From contig CATNEN010000024.1 of assembly GCA_950097015.1 (NCBI GenBank), positions 62,001-126,000 on the forward strand: a stretch of 64,000 nucleotides of DNA, in the 5' to 3' direction. How positions within the stretch are numbered: position 1 is the stretch's first letter; each line of letters starts with the position of its first letter. The translations under genes were made by a program, and so were the position numbers. Origin of the DNA: Macrostomum hystrix. Taxonomy: Eukaryota > Animalia > Platyhelminthes. This document shows positions 23,863 to 35,630 of this stretch, in pieces. The notes below the pieces were generated by a model. It worked only from the letters and a program-made list of their open reading frames with translations. It searched no databases and was not told the origin of the DNA.

Positions 23863-24574
23863 GTGGTCTGCTTGTTATTAACGTTGTCTTGAAATTCACT
23901 TTATATATGTAGAGTTGTCGCAGTCTAACTTGACCAGACTAAAGTTGAATACACTAAGCAGTAAGGAAGGGCAGTGTATTTATATATTATAGGAGATAAC
24001 AGGGGGTTGAGAGAAAGGAGGGGTGGGCAAAGAGAGGGGTTGGGTTAGGAGGCGCGATCAAAGGAATGAGGGGCACGCAAGACAAGAAGGAGGCTAAAGG
24101 GGTGGGGTGCCTGCAGCCAATCAGAAAGAGAAGAGAGAATGAGAGACCCAGACCCAGACCCAGAGAGAATGAAATCCAGACAGATTTTATGGACATTTTA
24201 TCGAAGACTGGGAATTGAGATATAGGGGTCCAGGATAGAATTAGCGAGAAAGAATCACATCAGACTTTGTTTACACTGCTTTCTGGATCTTTAGCGAGGA
24301 GTTAATAAGCAGGTCTTTAAATTTCATTAAATTTGTTATATAGATAAGCCAGCTGCCCGTCGCCACATGCACAAGGCGATGTTTTTAGAAAATGCTCTGC
24401 ATACTCATACTCTATGTAAGGGCCAGATTATAAAATGTCGTGGGGTCCCCGACATGCACCATATAGGACTCCATGGCTTATTTACTGGATTTGTCGTTCG
24501 GTGGTTGAGCAGATCGAGGTGATAAAATCCAGGCGGCTGACATGTGAATTTGAAACAGACAGCGCTCCACCAGC

Positions 24575-24782
24575 TAGAGATTCCAATACCGGGACCGGGA
24601 TTTGAGAGCAAACACCTGGAATTCCAATCTCAGGACTTAAAATTGCCCACCATTCAGCGGGATTTCAATTTTTCGGGATTTGCTGGGACTGAAAATGCTG
24701 GGGATTTTATGGGAGTTGGACAGGAATATGCCGAACCCGACAATCCTGGGATTGGAAACTAGCCGGGATTTTACCATCCCTA
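24575..24782. mobile_element. hAT MITE inserted at the inner edge of the MULE right TIR
   Basis: Imperfect TIRs TAGAGATTCCAATACCGGG / TAGGGATGGTAAAATCCCGG. 8-bp flanks CCACCAGC and CCACCAGG (7/8). Internal gggat repeats. Confidence 0.7.
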
Positions 24783-27700
24783 CCACCAGGCACCAGCAAA
24801 AAATTGCTGCTACAAAAGATTATAGAACAGGCTACAGTAATTTAGCAGAAAGGAAATTTGAGGTGTCTGCGAAATGCCAAAGAAATATCTTATGCATTTG
24901 CGGCAGTAAGAGTTTCAGATTCACACGGTTGAAATCTGGCAGGTAAATAATTTCGATAAGTATAAGTCGATTTTTGCAAGATTAAAACTGCATTGCGGGA
25001 AAATCTCTGCGGGCAAATCTCTGCGGGCAAATCTCTGCGGGCAAATCTCGACGGGAAAATCTCGACGGGAAAATCTCTGCGGGAAAATCTCGACAGGCAA
25101 ATCTCGACGGGCAAATCTCGACGGGCAAATCTCGACGGGCAAATCTCGACGGGCAAATCTCGACGGGCAAATCTCCTGCGGGCAGAATGCACTGCGGGCA
25201 AATCTCTGCGGGCAAACCTCGGCGGGCAAATCTCGACGGGCAAATCTCCTGCGGGCAAATCTCGGCGGGCAGTTCGCCTGCGGGCAAGTCTCATGGACCC
25301 CCTGGACAAGCCGCGGTGGCCGGAGCTTTCCCAAGCCTGAATTTTTTGCAATTTTTTTAGACAAGTTTAACATTTCAGTGCTGTCAATTACTTTACTATT
25401 CTATTGTTCTCCATGCATTGATTTTCTGTTCTGTTATTTTATCTATATTTTGGACTGACAAATCGACTGAAACCTTTTTCTGTTTACTCACCTGAAGAAA
25501 ATCGCTAAACTCCTCAAGATGCAGAAGTTTCCAGTCCAGAGATGACCGCACGGGATCCTGGTTGATGTCGCGCTTTCGCCGTCCCTTTGATGCTGTCTTG
25601 ACATTGAGAATCTTCCAGAGCTTGAGCACTATGTCGATGAAGTTTGCGGTGTCGGCCCAGCCCTTGCCTTCGTGTTCGGTGTAGTATTTCAGCGCGTCAC
25701 GCGTCGAGTCGCAAAACACCGCCACGGCCAACTTGACGGATGATTTCTCAATGCTTCTGGGACTGATGACAGACTGATTTAGCTTGTGGGCCAGCCTCAC
25801 TGCCTTGCCTGCTTCGATATTGTACAAGTCAATGATGTGCTGGAACTGTGCCTCACAGGTGCGCAGCAGGACAGGTGGAAAGGCTGGGCATACAAAGTTT
25901 TTTCTTGCTTGGAAGTTGTTGTAGATGTTCTTAAGATTATGCACAGGGTCGAAGAAAATGAACATCGGCTGGCCTGTGATTTGATCAATGACGGAGGTCT
26001 TGAGCTCCCCACCACAGATGTAGTCAGTGACGAATTTCCTATTGACAGCCGCATTTTCAACAGAGACGGCAATGACTGTAAAATTTAGGCTGCGCAGCAA
26101 TGCCATCACGTCTACGAACCAGGTGTGAAGCTTCTTGGCTGTCAAGTTGGACACTGCGTGCATAGCAACCATGTCCTTGAACTTGCCAGCAATGGACTTG
26201 ATCATAAAGCAACAGTACGTAGAAGCTGTCGCTCCATCGTTATCGACTCCACGCACTTGCCCAGCGCTGTATTCGATGCGTTTTGCGACGTTTTGCACAA
26301 CTCGTCTTGTGACATTTTGCAGCGTTCTCACAGACGGGAGGTGCAGAATCTCTTGGTCACGAAGAACACTATACGCTGATGTACTTATAGAGTAAATCAT
26401 ATAACTTAAAACTATTAGCTCTTGAGAATAGATCTTCGCGGACTTCTGTGTTCTGCTGAGCTGCAGCTGCTCCCTAAAAATGCCACAGAGCGGTCTTCTT
26501 TCAGCTCGAGAACACTGGCTAGGCTATACTCGGCCAGCTCAAGGAGGCCTTCAGCTTTCTCTGGCAACTCAGACAGATCTGTACTTTCCTTCCAGTTCTT
26601 CACTTTTGCCATCAGATTCATGAGACCACTCACTGTACTGACCTTGCCATCGTCGCCTGTGAAATCGGTCACCTTGCTCTTTGCCAGTGGGGAGCCATTG
26701 ATACCGATGGAGACCTGATAATCCGACCCAATGCAGATGGAGCAGGAAATCCGGCAGATGGGCTTGACATCCAACATGTAGATGCACAACTGGCCGTCAC
26801 AAATGCTTGTGAAAAAGCTGGCCGATTTTCCTCTGCGTCGAGCAGCTCCTGAATCTCCCGGACGGAGCAATTGAGAATTGAGTCTTGGACGAAAAATTCA
26901 TCGATCTCATTCTGCAGCCGAACGTTGTTTAAGTCAAGTCGGGCAGAAGACGTTGCTGAACAAGTGCTTCGAACTGGCTGCCTTGGAGCTGACAAGTACT
27001 TCGGTACATTTTTAAAAATGGTGGGCACAGCGTCAGGTCTCAAATATCGATTTTTCAGCTCGCTGCTGTCCCTCTTGCGCCAGGCGCCAAATGAGTCTTG
27101 AGACTTTTGGACAAAGTCTTCGTCCGCAAAGTGCAGTGAGCATATTCGCATATATTTCGTAGGCTGCAGGTCTTGATTGGGAATAGCTCTTTTCCACTTT
27201 TCCAATAGGATTGGGTTCTTTAGTGGGAAAGAATGGAAAGTCACACCTTCTGCCGTTGCAGAGCTTGCGTATCCACTTTTGCAGCCGACTGCAGAGCACT
27301 TGTTGACCATATTATTTGTATTTTAATGCAATTATACTGAAATGATTGGGATAAAACAGAAACAGATATTGGGGATAAAAAGACATTGGCAGATCCAGGA
27401 AAAGCTCACGCTTTTGTAGGCTGCAGTCAGAGACTTCTATAGATAACAAAGCTGTTACTTCTAGAAGTCTCTGTCTGCAGTAAACAAGTTTGTGCACTCC
27501 GCTCTGCCCCTAAAAATGCCGGCCTCAACTTGCAGGGAAAACATTAGTCATCGCTGTGCCTTGCGGGTCCAGTTGCTATTTCTAGAAGTCTCTGGTTTGG
27601 CCAGACAGTTTAGTGCCAAACAAAGAGGATGATAGACAGGTGAACAAAAGAACTCATGCAGATCATAAGGAAAAGGTTTCCACTAGTAAGGCCACCAGTA

Positions 27701-28132
27701 ATAGGAAAGGGATGATTATCAGGCTAGTGAGGGTTGAGAAGCCCCCACTAGTGATGCCACAGGTGAAAGAATGAGTGAATTAAGAAAAGCTGCGCAAAGT
27801 TGAAGGCCTCTCTAGACTAGTGTGACGAGCTAGAGTTTGTGTGTATGCAAGTTTCCCAGAAGTAACCCCAGACAAAGACACAATTTCTTGATAAATCAAT
27901 GGCTTGTTGGTGGCAGCGCTAGGGTCCCAGTCCCTTGGTCTCGAATTTAATGTATAATAGCTATTTAAAAGTTCTTTAGTCTTAAGCTATTTAAAATGTC
28001 TTAAGTCTATTCACAGCTCCACGCTCACTCTTAAGCGAACAGCTGACATTTAAAATTATATTTTAATTTGCGCCAGGTTTTTCTCAGCAAGATAAAGTAA
28101 CAAAAATATTGAATATAACGCTAGCACCCAGT

Positions 28133-28610
28133 CTTGACTTACTTGACTTATCTGCAGGGTGGTCCAATGGACACAGCAGGGAGGCAGGCGTCACCCATTC
28201 TGCTAATCTCTGAAAGACCCTCAATCAGCCGATGGCACGGGGCCAGTCAGGGAGGTCTGTGGCCGGTCCTTTCTGCAGCTTGCTCTTCACTAGGGAAGAA
28301 AGATGCTCTAGAAAGAAGAAAGGTAGCCCTCAGGAACTGGATGAGCCGTGGGATGTTCTCGGATCTGCAAACGTCGTCCATGGATGGGCTTAGTCCGAGG
28401 TGATTAAGCCCCTCTCTGGTAAAGAAAGGGCAGTGACAAATGAAGTGCAGGGCATCCTCGTTCTCAAGGTTGCAGAACGGGCACAGCTCACTTCGGAGGT
28501 CTCCTCGGAGGAAACAGTGTCTGGCGTAGCAGCCATGGCTCGTGAGGGTCATGGTGAGTGCCTAGATGTCCTTCCGGGAAGGACCTTCCGGAGCCAAGTG
28601 GATATTATAG
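28133..28610 (-). mobile_element. 3' fragment of a non-LTR retrotransposon (I/R1-like C-terminal CCHC region)
   Basis: LTSHG...CPFCNLENEDALHFICHCPF...LGL motif followed by a short (AAGT/AAGTC)n tail on the minus strand. 5'-truncated. Confidence 0.7.
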
Positions 28611-29443
28611 TGATAAAATTAGTACGCGACTAAAAACACGACAGAAAGAAATTCTTGGCTCAAAGAAGTCCACTCTTGCTTCTAAACATTCAGGTATGAT
28701 ATTTGTGTATGGTACGAGCTATCAAGTATCAAGACAAGGCATTATTATTTTATTTACTTGTAGCTTGCAGAAAAGCATTTTAGAATACAGGACTGATTTT
28801 TTTCACTTATAATGCAAGATGAGGCGAATCTTGCAGTAATAGTAAGAGTACTAGAAATTTAGCCCCCCTCCGGGGAGCACAGAACTTAACTTAACTTTAG
28901 GGGGCTAGCCTAATAGCCCCCTCTAGGTGGCATAAAAAAGTTGCACAGAACTGAGATTACAGCAAGAGAAGAAGCAATAGCATGCAACATTTAGAATTTT
29001 TAATAGAAAACACCTCGCACTGGAACCATATAAACATGGACTACTAAACAACTATATATTATGTTTAATGATTAATCGTCAATGGCATTTAAACGTTCGG
29101 TTTGGTTTTTTAATCGTCTCCGGCTCCTCTGGGTTGCTCATTGCGAGAGTATTGCGAAAATGAGTCACATTCCGAAGACTGCATAGCCGAGTACAGTTGT
29201 AGAGTCGCTTCGGCTGCAATTGGTTATGTGCGCGTGTGTCATTATGTACGTAAAAGCAGCGTATAAATACAATAACTCAGACGTGGTGAATTATCAATTG
29301 AAATTAGATATATAGCAAAGAAACACCTCCCAGCTACCCTGACGTATGCGCACGCGCTTAATGGATTGTGGGACATCTTGCACAAGTTCTTCGGCAGAAC
29401 TTGTCATGGTGCCATCTCGGCAGCCAGTTTGATGGGGTGGTAC

Positions 29444-29632
29444 CTGTATTTGTGACTGTACAGATTGTACAGTTTGGGCATCGTAATGTTCTTCAAACCA
29501 AGCCCGAGCTTTTCCAGCCTCGAGTGGGTTCGGATCAATCTGACAGTATGCGCCACTGCAGTTAAGAGATACTGACCCGTAACTCGTTGTCTTTGCGCCT
29601 TTAATTGCAAGGGCACACCCGACTGGCCACGC
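29444..29632 (-). pseudogene. Isolated exon or fragment encoding an RPA70-like OB-fold end
   Basis: ALAIKGAKTTSYGSVSLNCSGAYCQIDPNPLEAGKARAWFEE parallels RPA1 DBD-B [44 protein letters not shown], compared from memory. Flanked by ag| and |gtacc, 63 codons, phase 0/0. No complete gene can be assembled. Confidence 0.55.
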
Positions 29633-31625
29633 CTGGCCAAACTTCATATAAACTTCAGGCCAAACTTATATACTGATATATAATTATATGATATAACTGG
29701 CTTCAAAACGAGGCCAATTATACGAATCATTTGTATTTCATCAGAATTTAAGGAGAAGGAGCAAGTCAATAGTAAAACGTTGCGTACAAGCACCAGAAAG
29801 TTTTTTTAGAAGAATGCACATTTTCACGTACTTACTCCCTAAGTAGTCACTCCCACGTTATGGTCATTATGTTGCCGTTGGCAATGATTTTTATATTTGA
29901 CGATTCGAGATGCTCGTTAAAGTCCTCAGGCTTGGCGACCATAGCCTTGGTGGTGCTATGCAGCGTCCTGGAGATGTGTAGATGGTCACGAGAGTCCAGG
30001 GTTATATAGCTCTCAACATATGTCCATAGCAGACTTGATTTCTTGATCAAAACTCTTCTCTTCCCTCTCTTCTTCTTTCTTCTCTTCGCCTCGCACCTTA
30101 ATTGCTTTCATTAGGTTAAATTCTATAATACCCGCCAAAATTTTGTTCCGTAGAAAAGAAAGTCCGAGGCTGCAGTTATCAGGCCGAGGCGAAGCACAAA
30201 GAAAATCAATAATTATGAGCCAGACAGGCTACAGAGACAGAGCCACAGAGAGAGGTCAGAACAACAAGAAAAATAGCTTACGAGATTTCTGCGACATTGT
30301 AAGAGCTATATATTTAAATTCAACACCAATTTTTTTAATCCCTTAGAAGACAAAATGCTGGAAAACTGTTTGACACTGGCGGTGTCTGTTAGTTAATACC
30401 AGGCCTTGGGAGTAACGCCATTCAAACAAAAGATCAGATAGCGACTGCCGTTGGTGCTCGCTATTATTTTCTTGGATAGAACAGCCTGCACACACACTGC
30501 GCCTTTAATTTGGACAGACTCTTGGTAGATTCATCCACCCTAACCTCGTTCATTGCGTCTGATGAACCGGGTCAACAGTCTCATCAGTCAGATTCTGAAA
30601 CGTATGATTCAGCGATACATCACAGCATTTTGCTGAAACTTCTAAAAGCAATGTATCATTGTGAATCCCAATTACTTATCTCAATCCTGAAAATAATTCT
30701 AATCAGCTATCCCAATTCTAAACAATCGCAAGAATTTTGATTCTATCTGACTTTTGGTAATAGTAAACACAAACAACAATCGAAAAATTGTTATAGTAGT
30801 TTTAGATGATAATGCAGTTCATAAATCTGAATTGCCCTTTTATCCAATGATCTGTGGCAATGTGGCATATTGTCCACTTTGAAACAAATTCTTATTTTTG
30901 GCCTAAACTCTTTATGACCCACTTAAGAGAAGATAGGTCAGATCTGACAGCTCCAGATAAAACAAATATAAATAAGTATTGTCCATGTAGTGTTTTGCTA
31001 ACCACAAAGTCTCTTACTATTTTTGTTTGTATTTTTGTCATTACTGTACATTAATGTTGGAAATTTTCTCTTACTGACTTGTATGTATACTTTCAACAGA
31101 CATTCCATTTTTCATGGTTCCAAAAGAAGCTACAAAATTTGTTGGTTATAAAGCTCTGTACACCAAATTCAATAGCGACATGACTTCTTAGCTTGGAGGC
31201 ATTGAGGGATAACATCTTGCCCATCTTCCAGATGAACTGTTTCTTGCCAACACACCTTTCTACTAATCAAACACGCCGATGATTAAAAAAGGTGTTCTAG
31301 TATTTTTGGATTCGAGGGTCACTCGGAAAGTCCTTAGCCTGAACAAGAAAACAGCAACATATCAACTAAACAACCACTACAGCTTCCCAAAGTGCTCTCC
31401 CCAGCACTGATGCATGCTTGCATCCTGTGGAACCAGCTGTAATGCCTGGCGAAAATATTAATCCTCCCGAATGTGGCTGCCAGTGTTAAGTGTGGCATTA
31501 TGTTTATTTTTTTCTGGGTAGGTTCTCGATATGTATTGAATAAAATCGCTTTAGAATGTGCAGAATTATTCAACCACGTGGACAGTTTGCTAGAATACAA
31601 AAAAACTCTCAACCATTCAGCACTA

Positions 31626-34600
31626 ATGCTGCTCTGTCGCGTGCGGCTGCAGTTCATCAGCGCAGCTGCCAGTCGGACTAGCCGACAGCTAAGCAGCTCT
31701 CTGGTTAGCTCGGCAACAATAACTGACTCAACTGATGAGTTTCAATTCGGCAAGCTGGCCCGTCAAAACAAAGGCAATCGCCGATTAGAGGGCAAACAGC
31801 AACGACAAGCTACGGCGAGGGCGTCATTAGCTGCCTCGGGGCCCATGTCAACGCCTAGCCAAAGGCCCGGATCCATCGACCGCTTCGGATCCGACGATAG
31901 CGGCCGATTCGAATTCGGCGCCCTGGCTCGCACCAGCAGCCTGATTGACGCCGATCCGGAGATGGCCCGCTTCGACATGGATCTCAGCCTGGAGGAGGCC
32001 GCTGACGCAATGTCGGACCAGCCGGACGCTACGGCAATCTTAGACGATGACGATCGACCCGATCATAGGCCGTTGGCGCGCGTCGGACGAAAACACGACG
32101 AAGCCTGGTATCTGCGGCGCATCGACAAGCTGGCCGAGGCGGGCGACACTGTCGGCATTGTGCGCCTGCTGCATCGAGATATGATTGGAGAGGATCGCTA
32201 CCTGCCCACTAGGCGGATTCTGCACTCCGTGATGCGTCATCTGGCCTCGGTTGGCGCCTACGAAGAGGCCAAGGCTGCGCTCAACAGGTGAGAATCCGAA
32301 CAGCTTTTGCAACAGGTGACGACTGAAACGCTTCTCTGACAACTGAAGCGCTTCTCTGACAACTGAAGCGCTTCTCTGGCAACTGAAACGCTTCTCTGAC
32401 AACTGAAGTGCTTCTCTGACAACTGAAGCGCTTCTCTGGCAACTGAAGCGCTTCTCTGACAACTGAAACGCTTCTCTCATTCAATCGCTTCTCTCATTCA
32501 ATCGCTTCTCTCATTCAATCGCTTCTCTCATTCAATCGCTTCTCTAACAATTCGAGCCCTTCTCTAACTCTAACTCTAAAGCCGCCTTCAAGAGAACATC
32601 AACATCGTTCATGTGACCCAACTCAACTGCAAGCTAATTAAAAAGTGCCGCTAGTTATTTTAGAACCCTCTTTTAACACACGTCTAGGTGCCGTTCGGCC
32701 GGCCTCGAAGCAAACTATGTAACTCATTGTCACTACCTGCGCGCGCTGTCAAATGCCTCCTGCTTTGACGGCAAACCGGATCGTTACGCTGGCGAACTGG
32801 CTTGTCGCTATTATCACTCTCTGCTAGATGATGCATCAGCGCAGTCCGAGTTACTACATCAATACGTGTACTACTTTGCTGTGCTAGCCTGCGCCAGAAA
32901 TGGAATGGTGCAAGAGGCACTTAAGGTCTGTTGATGCTCGCTGTTTTTACTCCCTATCTCCTATTGACAATAATCTATAATCTGAATGTATAATCCACCG
33001 ATTATAGATATTCGACGACTCAGTTAACCTGGCCCAGCTTCATCCGCCGCCAAAGATGCTGGACGCCCTGCTGCACGCGGCCTACACCGACAAGACTAAT
33101 GGCAGCGCCATCGCCCTGCTGGTTTGGCGACGCTTTCGTCTGGCGTTTGGCAGTAGCCTTGACGCCTATCACTATTATCGGCTGATCAGGTGTGCGCCTT
33201 GCCCGTGTTTTGACACATTAGTGTGAATTTCATGCACCTGCGCATTGTAATAAAACTGTATGCTTGTGACGCTAACTTCAATAAACCTCCGCTAACTTCA
33301 ATAAACCTCCGCTAACTTCAGTAAAGAATAAACATCCGCTAACTTCAATTAACATCATATAACATCAATAAACCTCCACTAACTTCAATAAACATCCACT
33401 AACTTCAATAAACATCCGCTAACATCAATAAACATCCGCTAACTTCAATAAACATCCACTAACTTCAATAAACATCCACTAACTTCAATAAACATCCGCT
33501 AACTTCAATAAACATCCGCTAACTTTAATAAACATCCGCTAACTTTAATAAACATCCGCTAACTTTAATAAACATCCGCTAACTTCAATTAACATCCGCT
33601 AACTTCAATTAACATCCGCTAACTGAGTAAACCTCAGTTAACTTTAGTAAAGAATAAACATCAGCTAACTTCAATAAACATCCGCTAACATCAATAAACA
33701 TCCGCTAACTTCAATAAACATCCACTAACTTCAATAAACATCCGCTAACTTCAATAAACATCCGCTAACTTTAATAAACATCCGCTAACTTTAATAAACA
33801 TCCGCTAACTTCAATAAACATCCGCTAACTTCAATTAACATCCGCTAACTGAGTAAACCTCAGTTAACTTCAGTAAAGAATAAACATCATCTAACTTCAA
33901 TAAACATCCACTAACTTCAATAAACATCCGCTAACTTTAATAAACATCCGCTAACTTCAATAAACATCCGCTAACTTCAATAAACATCCGCTAACTTTAA
34001 TAAACATCCGCTAACTTTAATAAACATCCGCTAACTTCAATAAACATCCGCTAACTTCAATAAACCTCCGCTAACTTCAGTCTTCAATAAACATCCGCCA
34101 ATCCGCCAATCCTCTGACCCAGATGCCTTCGAGGCTGCGGCATCGGCCAGCCGAGCCTGATGGCCGCTGCCGAGGCGTCCGCCGGACCGCCTGTCAAAGC
34201 CGCTCTGCCGTCTTACGATCAGCTAGGAGGCGATGGTCGCACCCCCGGCGACTACAAAGGAGCAGACGCGGCGCTGCGCCGCCTACAGGACAACTGGTCA
34301 GCCCAGTTGAACACTCAGAAGGCTCCAAAGCTAGTGGGCTCGACAGGCCCCAAGGTCGTCTCTGAGCAGTTGCCATGGGAAACGCCAGAGTCAACGTCCT
34401 CATATTTGCAAGTCCCGGCTCAGCCGTCGCAGCCGGAGCCGGACTTCTCTCTTCCAGCGCAGCCGCCTGTGGCACTGGCGTTGAGCTGCCCCGTCAATCT
34501 TCTGCGCCCGCGTCAGCCGCTGCCAATCCTGCCAGATTCGCAAAATGCTTTCCGGTTGCCATGGCAACGCCTGACCCTAGTCGGCGGCTTAGCCGGCCTG

Positions 34601-35326
34601 CTGGAATCGATGCAGGCTGACAGAGCCAAGGCGACTCCGGCGCTGGCCCTGGAACTGTTGCAGCTGCTGCCGCCACTACCCGAGGCTGAGCAGACCATCT
34701 GGCGCTTCTGTCGCAGCCGCGGCTTCCTCCGAGCCTCCACGCCAGGCGGTGGCGTCGTATTCTACAATGCCCTGCTGCGCTACCGGGTGCGCAACCGTCT
34801 GGAGCACGCCGATGTGCTGGACGAGCTGCGATCCAGCGGACTGCGGCCCGACCGCGACACCTACGCCGCACTGGCAGGCGCGTGCCGCGAACAGCGCGAA
34901 GCCGAACGCCTCCTAGCCGACATGGCGCGCGACTCGGCCAGGCCAGACCAGCTGGTGTTCTACGCCATGCTGACTGCCGCTCAGCCCGGCGACCTGGCCT
35001 ACCGGACCTGGCTGGTGCGCCGCATGGCCGGCTTTGATGTGCCGCCCAGCCCGGCCATTGTGCGCTTGCTGGAGACCGACCTAGCCAGGCACCGGGCCAG
35101 CTTGTCTAAGCAAGACAGCTCTGCCGGATCGTCGGCACACGGCCTGTCGCTGGCCTCTCAATCGGCTTCTGTGAGTCCGGTGGATTCGGCCGATTATCAG
35201 CTGTTCCGGTCGGCCTACGAATCCTGGCTGAAGGCCAACAAGCTGTTCCAGCCCATTAATTCCATTAAATCTGAGCGAATGCGGCTCAAGCATGTCCGAC
35301 TGAAGTCTTTGAAAATGGCCAGTTAG
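31626..35326 (+). CDS. PTCD1: Pentatricopeptide repeat protein PTCD1-like (mitochondrial), about 761 aa; exons 31626-32287, 32688-32925, 33008-33189, 34123-35326
   Basis: Arg/Ser-rich, acid-free N-terminal presequence. WYLRRIDKL...LHRDMIGEDRYLP, AYTDKTNGSAIALLVWRRF, RGCGIGQP and FYNALLR...GLRPDRDTYAALAGAC follow the PTCD1 motif order. Three GT-AG introns give one 2286-nt frame with consistent phases (2,0,2). Confidence 0.85.
32316..32545. repeat. Intronic minisatellite: 20-bp GACAACTGAAGCGCTTCTCT then 17-bp CATTCAATCGCTTCTCT
   Basis: Direct tandem copies begin about 30 nt after the PTCD1 intron 1 donor. Both unit types share CGCTTCTCT. Confidence 0.92.
33272..34098. repeat. Intronic 20-bp minisatellite AACATCCGCTAACTTCAATA
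   Basis: About 40 copies fill PTCD1 intron 3 and end about 25 nt before the acceptor. Confidence 0.95.
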
Positions 35327-35407
35327 ATTTCTGCTGTACAATTCTGTGTTAGTGACGGATCAACTGGGATTATTCTAGAACCTAGAACCAGAACTTGGCG
35401 ACCTTTT

Positions 35408-35630
35408 TGATAATAATAATAATTATTAGCTAATTATTAGCTAACAGTTACAGCTCATCTGAAGGCTGCGTACAGCTGTTCAGTCCATGGACTGGGGGGA
35501 CGCTACACCCACACTCAATTACCCCAGCTGATGCTGATACCCATCTAACAGCTGGGTGAACTGAAGCAATGCAGAGTTAAGTGTCTTGATAAAGGACACA
35601 GATCCGACGCTCTAATCACTAGGCTACAAC
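35408..35630 (-). mobile_element. CORE-type tRNA-derived SINE
   Basis: Minus-strand head GTAGCCTAGTGATTAGAGCGTCGG (A-box-like). cccatctaacagctgggtgaactgaagcaatgcagagttaagtgtcttgataaaggacacag matches the CORE/MIR pattern cccatttt-acag...aactgaggc...gttaagtgacttgcccaaggtcacacag. (TAA)n tail. Confidence 0.65.

Larger units (their letters stand above)
21036..25300 (-). mobile_element. Mutator-superfamily (Phantom-like) foldback element, 4265 bp, 9-bp TSD CCTGGACAA
   Basis: TIRs of about 500 bp (21036-21529 and 24791-25300) start GGG(A/T)(G/C)CA(C/T)GAGACTTGCCCGC and contain tandem 14-15-bp gagatttgcccgc modules. TSD at 21027-21035 and 25301-25309. A central FLYWCH-MULE ORF is present. Confidence 0.93.
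20285..27310 (-). pseudogene. THAP-domain P-element-like transposase, copy C, split by a MULE insertion; intron 25337-25491
   Basis: THAP MVNKCSAVGC at 27310, with frameshifts near 26820 and 26410. An internal deletion removes the IDE motif (TRRVVQN|VAKRIEYS). Intron FLQ|AWE. Removing 21036-25300 and one TSD restores AWESSGHRGLSRETFLACR in frame. Homology to copy A ends after FFGRTNC. Confidence 0.88.

Noticed and set aside
31330-31500. Tc1/mariner-like C-terminal motif SWFHRMQACISAG on the minus strand
   Set aside because: Too short, with no DD34D/E core or TIRs found.
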